Positions 28,499 to 37,875 of a stretch of DNA of 64,000 bases are shown in pieces. Numbering within the stretch: the stretch's first letter is position 1; every line of letters begins with the position of its first letter. The notes under the pieces are model-generated. The model did not search any database. It was not told the DNA's origin and saw only the letters and a list, made by a program, of their open reading frames with translations. The DNA comes from an uncultured Anaerolineales bacterium (GTDB taxonomy: Bacteria > Chloroflexota > Anaerolineae > Anaerolineales > UBA11858): NCBI GenBank assembly GCA_964406305.1, contig CAYORF010000002.1:130-64129 (forward strand). Direction: 5' to 3'. A program made the position numbers and the translations under genes.

Positions 28499-29935
28499 TT
28501 AGCCTGCCTTTCCGTTTATATATTCTCCAGCATCTTTAAGAATAGCTTTGTGGATCTGGCGCACAGCCTGCTCCCCATCTTTCGCCGCAATGGCCAATGA
28601 GATGCTGCACTCTGAAGAGCCTTGGGCAATTGCGATGACATTGATGTCTCCTGTCGCCAGTGCACCAAAAATTCGAGCTCCAACTCCTGGTGTATTACGA
28701 AGACCAGCTCCCACTGCAGTGACAATCACCACATTATCCTTGGACCAGATTCTTTCAATATCCTTCCTTTCCAATTCTCGGGCCATCTCTTCCTGCAAAG
28801 CATGGAGAACTGAGTCTACGTTTTCCATCGGTAGAAGAAAAGAGATCGATTGTTCGGAGGATGCCTGGGTGATCATTAACACACTGGCTCCCTGGCTAGC
28901 GACAGCAGCAAAGGTCCGGGCTGCAATCCCGGGTATACCCATCATGCCCCGGCCCTCCACATTGATCATACTTAAACCTTCGATAAGTGTGACCGCTTTT
29001 ACGGTATTCTTTGCCATTTTTGGATTATGGACGATTAAAGTTCCTGGATGGTCGGCATTAGTGGTGTTCTTGACTCGCAGCGGAATACCCTGCTCCACAA
29101 CCGGCTGGATGGTTCGGGGGTGAACCACCTTGGCGCCAAAGTAGGCCAATTCGCTCACCTCGTTATAGGACAACAACGGGAGGGATTTCGCCTCGGGAAC
29201 AATTCGCGGGTCTGAAGTCATGACCCCATCCACATCTGTCCAGATCCAAACCTCGTCGGCTTTCAGGCAAACTCCTAGAATTGAGGCGCTGAAATCGCTG
29301 CCTCCCCTTCCCAATGTTGTGGTTACCCCAGATTCAGTGGCTGCCATAAAACCTGTGACCACTGGTACCTGATCTTTTTCCAACAACGGGACCAACACAT
29401 TTCCGATATGCTTGCAAGTTAGATCCATTATCGGAACTGCATTCTGGAATTTATTGTCTGTAATGATCAATTCAGTGGAATCGACCGCTTGGCTAGATAT
29501 TCCAAGCTGACGAAGATAAGCTGCCATGATTCGGGCATTGATTCTCTCCCCAAAAGAGGAGATCGTATCAAGGGCCCGCGGGGTACATTCTCCCAGCACA
29601 TATATACTTTGACAGAAGGCAGCAAAATTATCAAGATATTGATTGACAGAAGCGCGTATTGAGGCTTGTTCCCCACTGGCATCCAAAAGGTCATTCAATA
29701 CAAGGTAGTGTTTGACCCTAAGCTGTTCTACAATACCTTGAAAGGTTTGGTCATCTCCCTGGGATGCTGTCAGGGCTCCATTGATCAATAAATCGGTTAC
29801 ACCGCTCATAGCTGAAACGACGACGGTCATACGGTCCCAATCTTTTTTTTGATCCAATACTATTGCGGCTGCTTGCCCATGAGCTTTAAGGCTGCCCACT
29901 GAAGTACCTCCGAATTTCATGACCAATGTGCTCAT
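28499..29935 (-). CDS. lysC: Aspartate kinase with tandem C-terminal ACT domains
   Basis: 478 aa. Starts LVMKFGGTSVGS and contains TLGRGGSD. Confidence 0.92.
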   Translation of the reverse strand: MSTLVMKFGGTSVGSLKAHGQAAAIVLDQKKDWDRMTVVVSAMSGVTDLLINGALTASQGDDQTFQGIVEQLRVKHYLVLNDLLDASGEQASIRASVNQYLDNFAAFCQSIYVLGECTPRALDTISSFGERINARIMAAYLRQLGISSQAVDSTELIITDNKFQNAVPIMDLTCKHIGNVLVPLLEKDQVPVVTGFMAATESGVTTTLGRGGSDFSASILGVCLKADEVWIWTDVDGVMTSDPRIVPEAKSLPLLSYNEVSELAYFGAKVVHPRTIQPVVEQGIPLRVKNTTNADHPGTLIVHNPKMAKNTVKAVTLIEGLSMINVEGRGMMGIPGIAARTFAAVASQGASVLMITQASSEQSISFLLPMENVDSVLHALQEEMARELERKDIERIWSKDNVVIVTAVGAGLRNTPGVGARIFGALATGDINVIAIAQGSSECSISLAIAAKDGEQAVRQIHKAILKDAGEYINGKAG

Positions 29936-29954
29936 TCTTTCCTCCTAACGAAGC

Positions 29955-31034
29955 TTAGCCCCTTTGATTTCTTTGGGCTAGTTTAATGACATCTCCCAGC
30001 ACTCCTGCTGCCGTTACTGCTGGACCCGCCCCGGGACCCGAAATAATTAGTGGGTTCTCAAAATACCGCTTTGTTTGTATTGAAATATAGTTTGCCGGAC
30101 CCTGCAGTGTGCCCAGTGAACTCGCTCGGTTAACGGATCTCAACCCGACATCTCCTTCGTCGGCACTGATCGTGGCAACATAACGAAGGGTTTTATTACT
30201 TGCCAGAGCTGATTCGAAACGGGATCTATATTCGTCATCTAGAGAGTGCATTTTTGATAGAAACGAATCCAGTGGTATATTGGCTAAATCTTCCGGATAG
30301 AGCGGATGAGTCTGAAGATCCTCTTCCGTCAGGGACCAACCAGCCGTGCGAGCTAATATAAGTGCCTTTCTGGCTACATCCTTACCACTTAAGTCAATCC
30401 GAGGATCTGGTTCAGCATAACCCATTTCACAAGCAGTTAATACAGCTTCTGAATAAGATACCTTTTGCTCCAGTTCGGTACACAGGTATCCCAATGTTCC
30501 GCTAAAACATCCTTCGAAGGCAGTGATCTGATCACCAGTATCCAGTAAATAGTTCAGGGTCTCGATCAGCGGCAATCCAGCACCCGCTGTGCACTCATAG
30601 CGGACATTGGGACTCTCATAGAAAACGCGAGCCTGCTGCCAGGGACCAGTTAATGGTATCTTGTTTGCCAGCACCACGCCGAATCCGTTTTCCAGGGTTT
30701 CCCTGAGAAAGGGTTCTGTATCTGAAGAAGCTGTTACATCGATAACAATCAACCCTTGCTGGGAAATCTCAGCCAAAGCTGGATGGGCGCTGAAGTTTTT
30801 TTGGGATGAGAGCTCTTTTCCCTTTAGCTCTTCATCGATGACTGACTGCAGCGTTCCCCAAGCTAAACCTTCGGGGTTCACCAGGGCACCGTTACTGTTC
30901 GCAATGACAATAGGCACAAGAGAAAAACCTGTCCGCTGGGTGATGGTTTGTCCGTATATCAGAATTTGGGAGATCAGTTCTTTTCCAACTGTCCCTGCTC
31001 CCAAACAAACCAGTGGGATCTTTTGTATCTTCAT
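29955..31034 (-). CDS. hom: Homoserine dehydrogenase
   Basis: The start was trimmed to MKIQKIPLVCLGAGTVGKE, behind the SD AGGAGA. The track ORF extends into the T-box leader. Confidence 0.88.
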   Translation of the reverse strand: MKIQKIPLVCLGAGTVGKELISQILIYGQTITQRTGFSLVPIVIANSNGALVNPEGLAWGTLQSVIDEELKGKELSSQKNFSAHPALAEISQQGLIVIDVTASSDTEPFLRETLENGFGVVLANKIPLTGPWQQARVFYESPNVRYECTAGAGLPLIETLNYLLDTGDQITAFEGCFSGTLGYLCTELEQKVSYSEAVLTACEMGYAEPDPRIDLSGKDVARKALILARTAGWSLTEEDLQTHPLYPEDLANIPLDSFLSKMHSLDDEYRSRFESALASNKTLRYVATISADEGDVGLRSVNRASSLGTLQGPANYISIQTKRYFENPLIISGPGAGPAVTAAGVLGDVIKLAQRNQRG

Positions 31035-31044
31035 ATGACCTCTC

Positions 31045-31320
31045 TTTCTCCTTAAACAAAAACCACGTCCAAAAGGGACGCGGCTCTTTTCGCGCGGTTC
31101 CACCCAACTTCAATGACGATCACTCGTCAGGCACTCTTTTAAGGATAACGGGTTGCCCCGGAGCCCCATACTCTCATTAACAATGATTTAGGGAACCCAC
31201 TCATGGATGGTTTTCACCTTTGCCTTCACTATAAGGGTTTTCAGCCGGTGACCCTCATTCTCTGGAGTTATCTCAAAGGATACTCGTTCCACTCAACGCT
31301 TTTTCATATTGTGATATTAG
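31045..31320 (-). promoter_or_regulatory. T-box riboswitch leader; probable Thr (ACC) specifier
   Basis: On the minus-strand RNA, Stem I is formed by GGAAC/GTTCC and CCUUUG/CAAAGG, with an AGUA element, an AGAGA box and the specifier-loop string UGAAAACCA. The T-box motif is UUGGGUGGAACCGCG (complement of 31091-31107). The terminator is CCGCGUCC-CUUUU-GGACGUGG followed by UUUUUGUUU. Confidence 0.8.
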
Positions 31321-31325
31321 CCGGA

Positions 31326-31353
31326 ATTATATCATTCTTCCAAAATTTCACAA
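31326..31353 (-). promoter_or_regulatory. Candidate promoter of the hom operon
   Basis: On the minus strand: TTGTGA, a 16-nt spacer, then TATAAT. Confidence 0.45.
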
Positions 31354-31491
31354 GTTACTTTATTTCAGGGCAATCTTGCCCCTAGATTCAGAAGGGGCTT
31401 TGGGATTCGGACCGATTAAAAAAACTCGCGATCAGACAGCAATTATATGGATCTAGAAATATGTTGAACTTAATACCCATGAATTTCTTTC

Positions 31492-31520
31492 TTGACATCC
31501 CCGATTTATCGAAGTAAAAT
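31492..31520 (+). promoter_or_regulatory. Sigma-70-like promoter of metA-metY
   Basis: TTGACA (31492-31497), a 17-nt spacer, then TAAAAT (31515-31520). It is followed by CCTGCCTAAT, as at the ilv promoter. Confidence 0.55.
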
Positions 31521-31526
31521 CCTGCC

Positions 31527-31669
31527 TAATGAATTTCATATCTAGATCACCTGAAACCAGAAATCACCTCGCGATCACACTGCCTATGGGGATGCCCAAG
31601 GCTCTCAATCGAGAGCCAATTTGGATTGGGTCTGGTTAATCGTTAAGATATATTATTTTAATTTAATTA
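31527..31669 (+). promoter_or_regulatory. Unclassified metA leader containing a possible leaderless 36-codon ORF (31529..31639)
   Basis: An ATG lies 8 nt after the -10 hexamer. There are three ATCAC(C/A) repeats (31546, 31563, 31574) and a hairpin GGCTCTC-AATC-GAGAGCC. I recognised no S-box or T-box motifs. Confidence 0.4.
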
Positions 31670-31703
31670 ATAACCGCCCAATTACAGGCGGTTATTTTTT
31701 TTT
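31670..31703 (+). terminator. Intrinsic terminator within the metA leader
   Basis: Stem ATAACCGCC / loop CAATTACA / stem GGCGGTTAT, followed by a run of 8 further T. It lies 65 nt upstream of the metA ATG. Confidence 0.75.
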
Positions 31704-31767
31704 AATCCAACAACAGATACTTTGTAACAACTCAAAAGATATCAGATATCACCCGAGGACCACCATT

Positions 31768-32688
31768 ATGCCAATCAAGATTCCAGACCGATTACCCGCA
31801 AAAGAAATTCTAATTAAAGAGAACATTTTTGTAATGGATGAAAACAGGGCTTTGAGTCAGGACATTCGCCCAATCAGGATAGCCATTCTGAATCTGATGC
31901 CAACAAAAATTACGACTGAAGCACAATTGTTTCGATTGATCGGTAATACACCACTGCAAGTCGAACCTGTGCTCGTCCGTATGAACTTACATGAAAGCAA
32001 GAACACTCCGAGAGAGCATATGCTCACATTCTATAAACCATTTGATGAGATCAGGGATGAAAAGTTCGATGGGCTGATCGTCACCGGGGCACCGGTAGAA
32101 CATCTCAAGTTTGAGGAAGTAGATTACTGGGAGGAATTGACAGAGATCTTCACCTGGGCCTTAAATAATGTTTTCGCCCATCTTTATATCTGCTGGGCAG
32201 CCCAGGCTGCTCTTTACCAGCAGTTTGGAATTCCCAAACACCCGCTGCCAGCCAAGAAATTCGGTGCATTTACACATAGGGTGACTAAACGTAATGTAAA
32301 GCTGTTACGAGGTTTTGATGATATCTTTTTTGCTCCGCATTCACGTCATACCGAAATTCGCCAGGAAGATATTGAAAAAGAACCGCGAGTAGAGGTTCTG
32401 GTAGATTCGTCGGAAGCGGGCATCTTAATCGCGGGAACAATCGATGAAAGACAGCTCTTTGTCACCGGTCATTATGAATACGATCCCCTCACATTAAAGG
32501 AAGAATATGATCGTGACGTTAAGGCCAATTTACCGATAACGGTTCCGGCTAACTATTTCCCTGGTAATGATCCCACCAAAGAACCTGTTGTTCGATGGCG
32601 CAGCCATGCAAACCTCCTATTCGCCAATTGGATTAACTACTATGTGTATCAGGAAACACCTTTTAACCTCGACCATCTACATCAATAA
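31768..32688 (+). CDS. metA: Homoserine O-acyltransferase (MetA family)
   Basis: The start was trimmed to [15 protein letters not shown]. Contains [11 protein letters not shown], typical of MetA. Confidence 0.9.
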   Translation: MPIKIPDRLPAKEILIKENIFVMDENRALSQDIRPIRIAILNLMPTKITTEAQLFRLIGNTPLQVEPVLVRMNLHESKNTPREHMLTFYKPFDEIRDEKFDGLIVTGAPVEHLKFEEVDYWEELTEIFTWALNNVFAHLYICWAAQAALYQQFGIPKHPLPAKKFGAFTHRVTKRNVKLLRGFDDIFFAPHSRHTEIRQEDIEKEPRVEVLVDSSEAGILIAGTIDERQLFVTGHYEYDPLTLKEEYDRDVKANLPITVPANYFPGNDPTKEPVVRWRSHANLLFANWINYYVYQETPFNLDHLHQ

Positions 32689-34014
<1,326 letters not shown>

Positions 34015-34380
34015 ATCAATGACCCAACATGATCTTATCGGAATAATGATCCTCCGCTTAAGATTGTGATGGGTCTATGATAGTGGGCGGTATTAGACAG
34101 ATCTAGAACCGTTTTTGGACTTAGGCGCTCATTTTCCACCACAACTTTTTTCAATCAACTAACGGCTTGCGTTACTTGCCCTGGAGCGGGGAGTGTGAAG
34201 CTGTCCCCTGAGAAATTGGTTGAGGCGTGAAAATGCATGAATCCGACCCAGAATCCCCAGCGTCAGGTGCACGCTTTGTTGGCCTAAATCGCACACACCG
34301 AGAGATGATATTGTCGTTCCGTCTTACTGTATCTCCTCAGCCGGAAAGCATAATTCGACAGTGTTACTCTTGAGGTCGGA

Positions 34381-34661
34381 GAGATTGGCAGGTCAGGATC
34401 TTCAACAACGGCTTTCTCTTGAAGTAAAGCTTTCTCGATCTCTTTTTCTGCTCCTGGTGAGATCCTGGCGTGCGTTTTTCGTTGATAGGCAATTGTAAAA
34501 TGATTTGGATTGCTTCGATATTCTTTCAACAAGTCGAAGAAGCGTGACTTGCCAATCCCTATCATTTCTTGAAGATCAGCTCTGCCAACCCGTCCTTGAC
34601 AATAACTCTGGAATAGAAGTTTGATTTGTTCATCTGTGAAACGTTTGTGGAGCTGTGACAT
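34381..34661 (-). pseudogene. Transposase gene fragment (first 94 codons)
   Basis: The N-terminal 94 aa of track ORF 34284..34661 are identical to the 194..1444 transposase. The remaining 31 aa come from unrelated DNA. Confidence 0.85.
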
Positions 34662-34772
34662 GGGTTCCTCCAGTTTGTATTGGAGGAGAAATCGTATATT
34701 ATCCCTTAGTTCCTGTCAAAACCAGGTGTCCACTTTCAAGCGTAAACTGTCCACTTTTGAAGTTTAAATAAC
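34381..34772 (-). mobile_element. Truncated IS remnant (transposase-proximal 392 bp only)
   Basis: Read by eye, it is base-for-base identical to 1164..1555 of IS copy 1. Identity stops abruptly at 34381. Confidence 0.85.
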
Positions 34773-34773
34773 A

Positions 34774-34790
34774 AGTCCTAAAAGAGTGGT
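34774..34790. repeat. 17-bp repeat AGTCCTAAAAGAGTGGT, copy 1 of 3
   Basis: Lies between the truncated IS end (..AAATAACA) and the start of the next IS (GTTAGG..). Confidence 0.85.
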
Positions 34791-36154
34791 GTTAGGGAAA
34801 CTTGAAAAGTGAACACTTATAAACTTCAAAAGTGAACCCTAAAACCCATCAATGGCAGCAATACAGCGTGCACCATTTTTTCACTCCACCATATTCGAAT
34901 ATGCATCACCCGCTTAGCTGTGTCCGGAACCATGTGAACATCGACATATTCTCGTAGAGGCACTTTGGGTACTTCAATCTCATGATTGAATAGAGAAATT
35001 CTGCGGTATCCATTGATCATCCTTTGAGTGCGCAAGCAGAACACATCTAATGGCGAAGTGTAGGGCTTAGGAAGCGAGAACTTCCGGAAAAGACTGTTCC
35101 CAGATTTCAGAGCTCGTTCAAAACGAATGCTTGGGATTTCACGGGTAGTCGAATGGACCTGATGGTTGTTATAACGGTCGATCTCATCTCTCAAGACACC
35201 CCTACAATCCTCAAACTCAGATATCTCTTCATAAATACAAGTTCTCACCATGCGGTCCTGCAGCCAGCGGTAAGGTCTCTCGACCTTGCCTTTTGCTTGA
35301 GGGGAAAGAGCGTAGGAGACATCCACGTTTATCAGCCGCATCATCTTGCCCCACTGAGTATCCACGTCATCGGTTTCGAGAACATGTCTTCGCCAAAAGC
35401 TATCCCTTCCCTGAACGAAACGAAATACCCGCAAGGAGTCCACATAGTAACGCAAGGGCAATCCATAGGTCATGATCAAGGCCTGGGTAGACTGGATGTG
35501 AGTCCAGGTGGTCTCCGCAGGGAAAAAGTCAGCGAAAAGGATCTTACGACTGTAGTCATCGATGGAGGTAATCAAGGTCCACTTCTTTTTGGACAGGGGA
35601 GACCACATATGAAGGGAGGCGTCATGCTGTACCAATGCACCAATGGAAGCGGTCAATACCTCACGGTCATGAACCTTTCTTTTCCTGCGAGGTTTGTGGC
35701 AGTCCAGTTTCTTGGCCCGGTCAATGATGGTGGTGATGGACACTTCGATCCCTTCCTTATAAAGTCGATCTCTTAGTGCTGTGTAGTTATATCCAGAGAT
35801 CGGCAAATCTGGGTTTTCTATAATCTCTTTCTCCCGTAGTAATGCCTTCTCAACCTCGGATTCCACTTCAGCAGACAATTTGGCAGGAGATTTCCTCTGA
35901 TAAGCGATGGAGAAAGTCTCTGGCCCTTGCCGATAGGTTTTCAGCAAGGCGAAAAACCGTGTTTTACCGATACCCAGAATCTCCTGAATATCGGCTCTTC
36001 TTATCTTGCCCTGGCTATACCTTTGCAGTAATACCTTGATCTGTTCAATAGTGAAGCTCTTATGTAGCTGACCCATTGATTTCTCCTTTTTTCAAGGATA
36101 AATCTATCAGGGTTTGGTAGTAGTGTAGGTGTTCACTTTTCAACTTTATATAAC
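34791..36154 (-). mobile_element. Complete IS; the most diverged member of the same family
   Basis: The ends are GTTAGGGAAAC...TTTATATAAC. Subterminal AAAGTGAAC(A/C) motifs are present. The same 17-mer flanks both sides. Confidence 0.85.
34826..36076 (-). CDS. DDE transposase (rve type), paralog
   Basis: 416 aa, colinear with the other two transposases. The HDAS, YYVDSLRVF and GKVERPYRWLQDR blocks are conserved. Confidence 0.85.
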   Translation of the reverse strand: MGQLHKSFTIEQIKVLLQRYSQGKIRRADIQEILGIGKTRFFALLKTYRQGPETFSIAYQRKSPAKLSAEVESEVEKALLREKEIIENPDLPISGYNYTALRDRLYKEGIEVSITTIIDRAKKLDCHKPRRKRKVHDREVLTASIGALVQHDASLHMWSPLSKKKWTLITSIDDYSRKILFADFFPAETTWTHIQSTQALIMTYGLPLRYYVDSLRVFRFVQGRDSFWRRHVLETDDVDTQWGKMMRLINVDVSYALSPQAKGKVERPYRWLQDRMVRTCIYEEISEFEDCRGVLRDEIDRYNNHQVHSTTREIPSIRFERALKSGNSLFRKFSLPKPYTSPLDVFCLRTQRMINGYRRISLFNHEIEVPKVPLREYVDVHMVPDTAKRVMHIRIWWSEKMVHAVLLPLMGFRVHF

Positions 36155-36171
36155 AGTCCTAAAAGAGTGGT
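36155..36171. repeat. 17-bp repeat AGTCCTAAAAGAGTGGT, copy 2 of 3
   Basis: Lies between the two complete IS elements. Confidence 0.85.
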
Positions 36172-37570
36172 GTTAGCAAAAGATGAAAAGTGGACACCTA
36201 TAAAGTTCAAAAGTGGACACTGAATCCCTGCAAAGGCAGGGAGACAGAATGAACCATCTTCTTGTTCCACCAGATGCGGATGTCCATAAGATCCTTCACT
36301 TCATCAGGCACCAGATGGATGTCAACAAGTTTCTGTAGAGGAACATTAGGGACTTCAATAACGTGTTTGAATAGAGAAATCCGACGGTATCTATTTACCC
36401 GGCGTTGCTCTCTAATACAAAAAACATCTTTCGGCGAAGTATAGGGCGGAGGTAGAGTTAGCTTGCGGAAGAGGCTGTTTCCCGATATCCTGGCTTTTTC
36501 AAACCGGACCTGGGGAATTTCACCGGTGGTTGAATGCACCTGGTGGTTGTTGTAACGGTCAAGTTCAGCTTTCAAAACACTGCGGACCTCATCTTTTTGG
36601 GATAGTTTTTCGTAAACGCATGTGCGGACGATACGATCCTGCAGCCAGCGATAGGGTCTCTCAACTTTGCCTTTTGCCTGCGGGGAAAGAGCATAACTGA
36701 CATCGACACCCAGCAGGCGCATCATCTTTCCCCATTGAGTATCAACATCGTCAGTTTCAAGCACATGTTTGCGCCAAACACTATCTCTACCCTGAACAAA
36801 ACGGAATACACGTAAAGAATCAACATAGTACCGCAAAGGAATCCCATATTGCTGGCACAGGGCCTGGGCCGCCCGAATATGGGCCCAGGTAGTCTCCCTG
36901 GAAACGAAGTCGGCATACAGGAGCTTGCGGCTGAAATCATCAATCGAAGTGATCAGGGTCCATTTCTCCTCCGCAAAGGGGGACCACTTATGTGTGGAAG
37001 CATCATGTTGGATTAGCGCACCTATGGATGAAGTTAGCACTTCCCGGTCATGAGCTTTTCTCTTTTTTCGCGGTTTATGACAATCAAGCTTTTTTGCCCG
37101 ATTGATGATGGTTGGTACAGAGACTTCGATACCGTTCTCTTTCAAGCGATCCTTCATCGCTGAGTAGTTGTATCCCGAGATTGGCAGGTCAGGATCTTCA
37201 ACAACGGCTTTCTCCTGAAGTAACGCTTTTTCTATCTCTGCTTCTGCTCCAGGTGAGATCCTGGCGTGTGTTTTCCGTTGATAGGCAATCGTGAAATGAT
37301 CTGGATCGTTTCGATATTCTTTCAGTAAAACGAAGAAGTGCGACTTGCCAATACCTATCATTTCTTGGAGATCAGTTCTGCTCATTTGTCCCTGGCGGTA
37401 ACTCTTGAATAAAAGCTTGATTTGTTCATCGGTGAAACGTTTGTGGAGCTGTGACATGGGTTCCTCCAGTTTCTATTGGAGGAGAAATCGTATATTATCC
37501 CTTCAAGCTTGTCAAAATCAGGTGTCCAGTTTTCAGGTTTAAACTGTCCACTTTTGAATTTTAAATAACA
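36172..37570 (-). mobile_element. Complete IS; close relative of IS copy 1
   Basis: The ends are GTTAGCAAAAG...TTTTAAATAACA, with the same subterminal TGGACA motifs as copy 1. Confidence 0.85.
36207..37457 (-). CDS. DDE transposase (rve type), paralog
   Basis: 416 aa. It is collinear with the 194..1444 protein and differs by scattered substitutions. Confidence 0.85.
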   Translation of the reverse strand: MSQLHKRFTDEQIKLLFKSYRQGQMSRTDLQEMIGIGKSHFFVLLKEYRNDPDHFTIAYQRKTHARISPGAEAEIEKALLQEKAVVEDPDLPISGYNYSAMKDRLKENGIEVSVPTIINRAKKLDCHKPRKKRKAHDREVLTSSIGALIQHDASTHKWSPFAEEKWTLITSIDDFSRKLLYADFVSRETTWAHIRAAQALCQQYGIPLRYYVDSLRVFRFVQGRDSVWRKHVLETDDVDTQWGKMMRLLGVDVSYALSPQAKGKVERPYRWLQDRIVRTCVYEKLSQKDEVRSVLKAELDRYNNHQVHSTTGEIPQVRFEKARISGNSLFRKLTLPPPYTSPKDVFCIREQRRVNRYRRISLFKHVIEVPNVPLQKLVDIHLVPDEVKDLMDIRIWWNKKMVHSVSLPLQGFSVHF

Positions 37571-37587
37571 AGTCCTAAAAGAGTGGT
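37571..37587. repeat. 17-bp repeat AGTCCTAAAAGAGTGGT, copy 3 of 3
   Basis: Its last T is the first T of TTGACA (37587-37592). Confidence 0.85.
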
Positions 37588-37615
37588 TGACAATTTTTAT
37601 TCTTTATGTTAACCT
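37587..37615 (+). promoter_or_regulatory. Candidate promoter of the arg/lys operon
   Basis: TTGACA, a 17-nt spacer, then TAACCT (a weak -10). Confidence 0.4.
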
Positions 37616-37657
37616 AAGATTTAAGTTTGGGAAGAAAAACCTAAATTTTATAAAAAT

Positions 37658-37747
37658 ATGGACTATCAAGTAAAAATTCACACCAATAATAAACCTCGTC
37701 GAAAGACCCTCCCTCCTTTACCTCTCATCCGGGTAGGTGTTTTTTAG
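37658..37747 (+). CDS. Possible leader peptide (29 codons) with a KPRRK core
   Basis: Encodes [29 protein letters not shown]. There is no SD. It lies between the candidate promoter and a strong terminator. Confidence 0.35.
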   Translation: MDYQVKIHTNNKPRRKTLPPLPLIRVGVF

Positions 37748-37767
37748 GCGTACGACAAAACGTTTTT

Positions 37768-37808
37768 AAAAAGCCAGTCTCCATCCGGAGACTGGCTTTT
37801 TTTTTATT
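37768..37808 (+). terminator. Strong intrinsic terminator upstream of argG
   Basis: Perfect 10-bp stem GCCAGTCTCC / loop ATCC / stem GGAGACTGGC, flanked by A5 and T9. Confidence 0.8.
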
Positions 37809-37875
37809 AAGTCGCAGGCATTGGATTTGTATCAATAATGCAAATCGCCGTGATATACAGAGGAGAAAAGTTATC

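Noticed and set aside
28499-29935. Internal in-frame start for an aspartokinase beta subunit (near KMAKNTVKAV)
   Set aside because: No SD precedes the internal ATG, so sequence alone cannot support it.
31035-31103. N-terminal 23-aa extension of hom in the track ORF. Similar extensions occur on metA (31621-31767), ilvC, lysX, hacA, hacB and lysJ.
   Set aside because: The extensions run into leader RNA structures or upstream genes. Internal ATGs with good SDs match the conserved N-termini.
31203-31385. 60-aa plus-strand ORF opposite the hom leader
   Set aside because: It lies antisense to a T-box leader with all the canonical elements, and it has no RBS.
31527-31703. SAM-I (S-box) riboswitch or T-box upstream of metA
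   Set aside because: I looked for the conserved S-box core strings and for the GGGUGGNACCGCG T-box motif and saw neither. The region is reported instead as an unclassified leader.
34015-34380. Group II intron or other retroelement end next to the truncated IS (GTGTGCGATTT on the minus strand)
   Set aside because: Only a loose resemblance to a GUGYG 5' end. I saw no domain V-like hairpin and no reverse transcriptase ORF.
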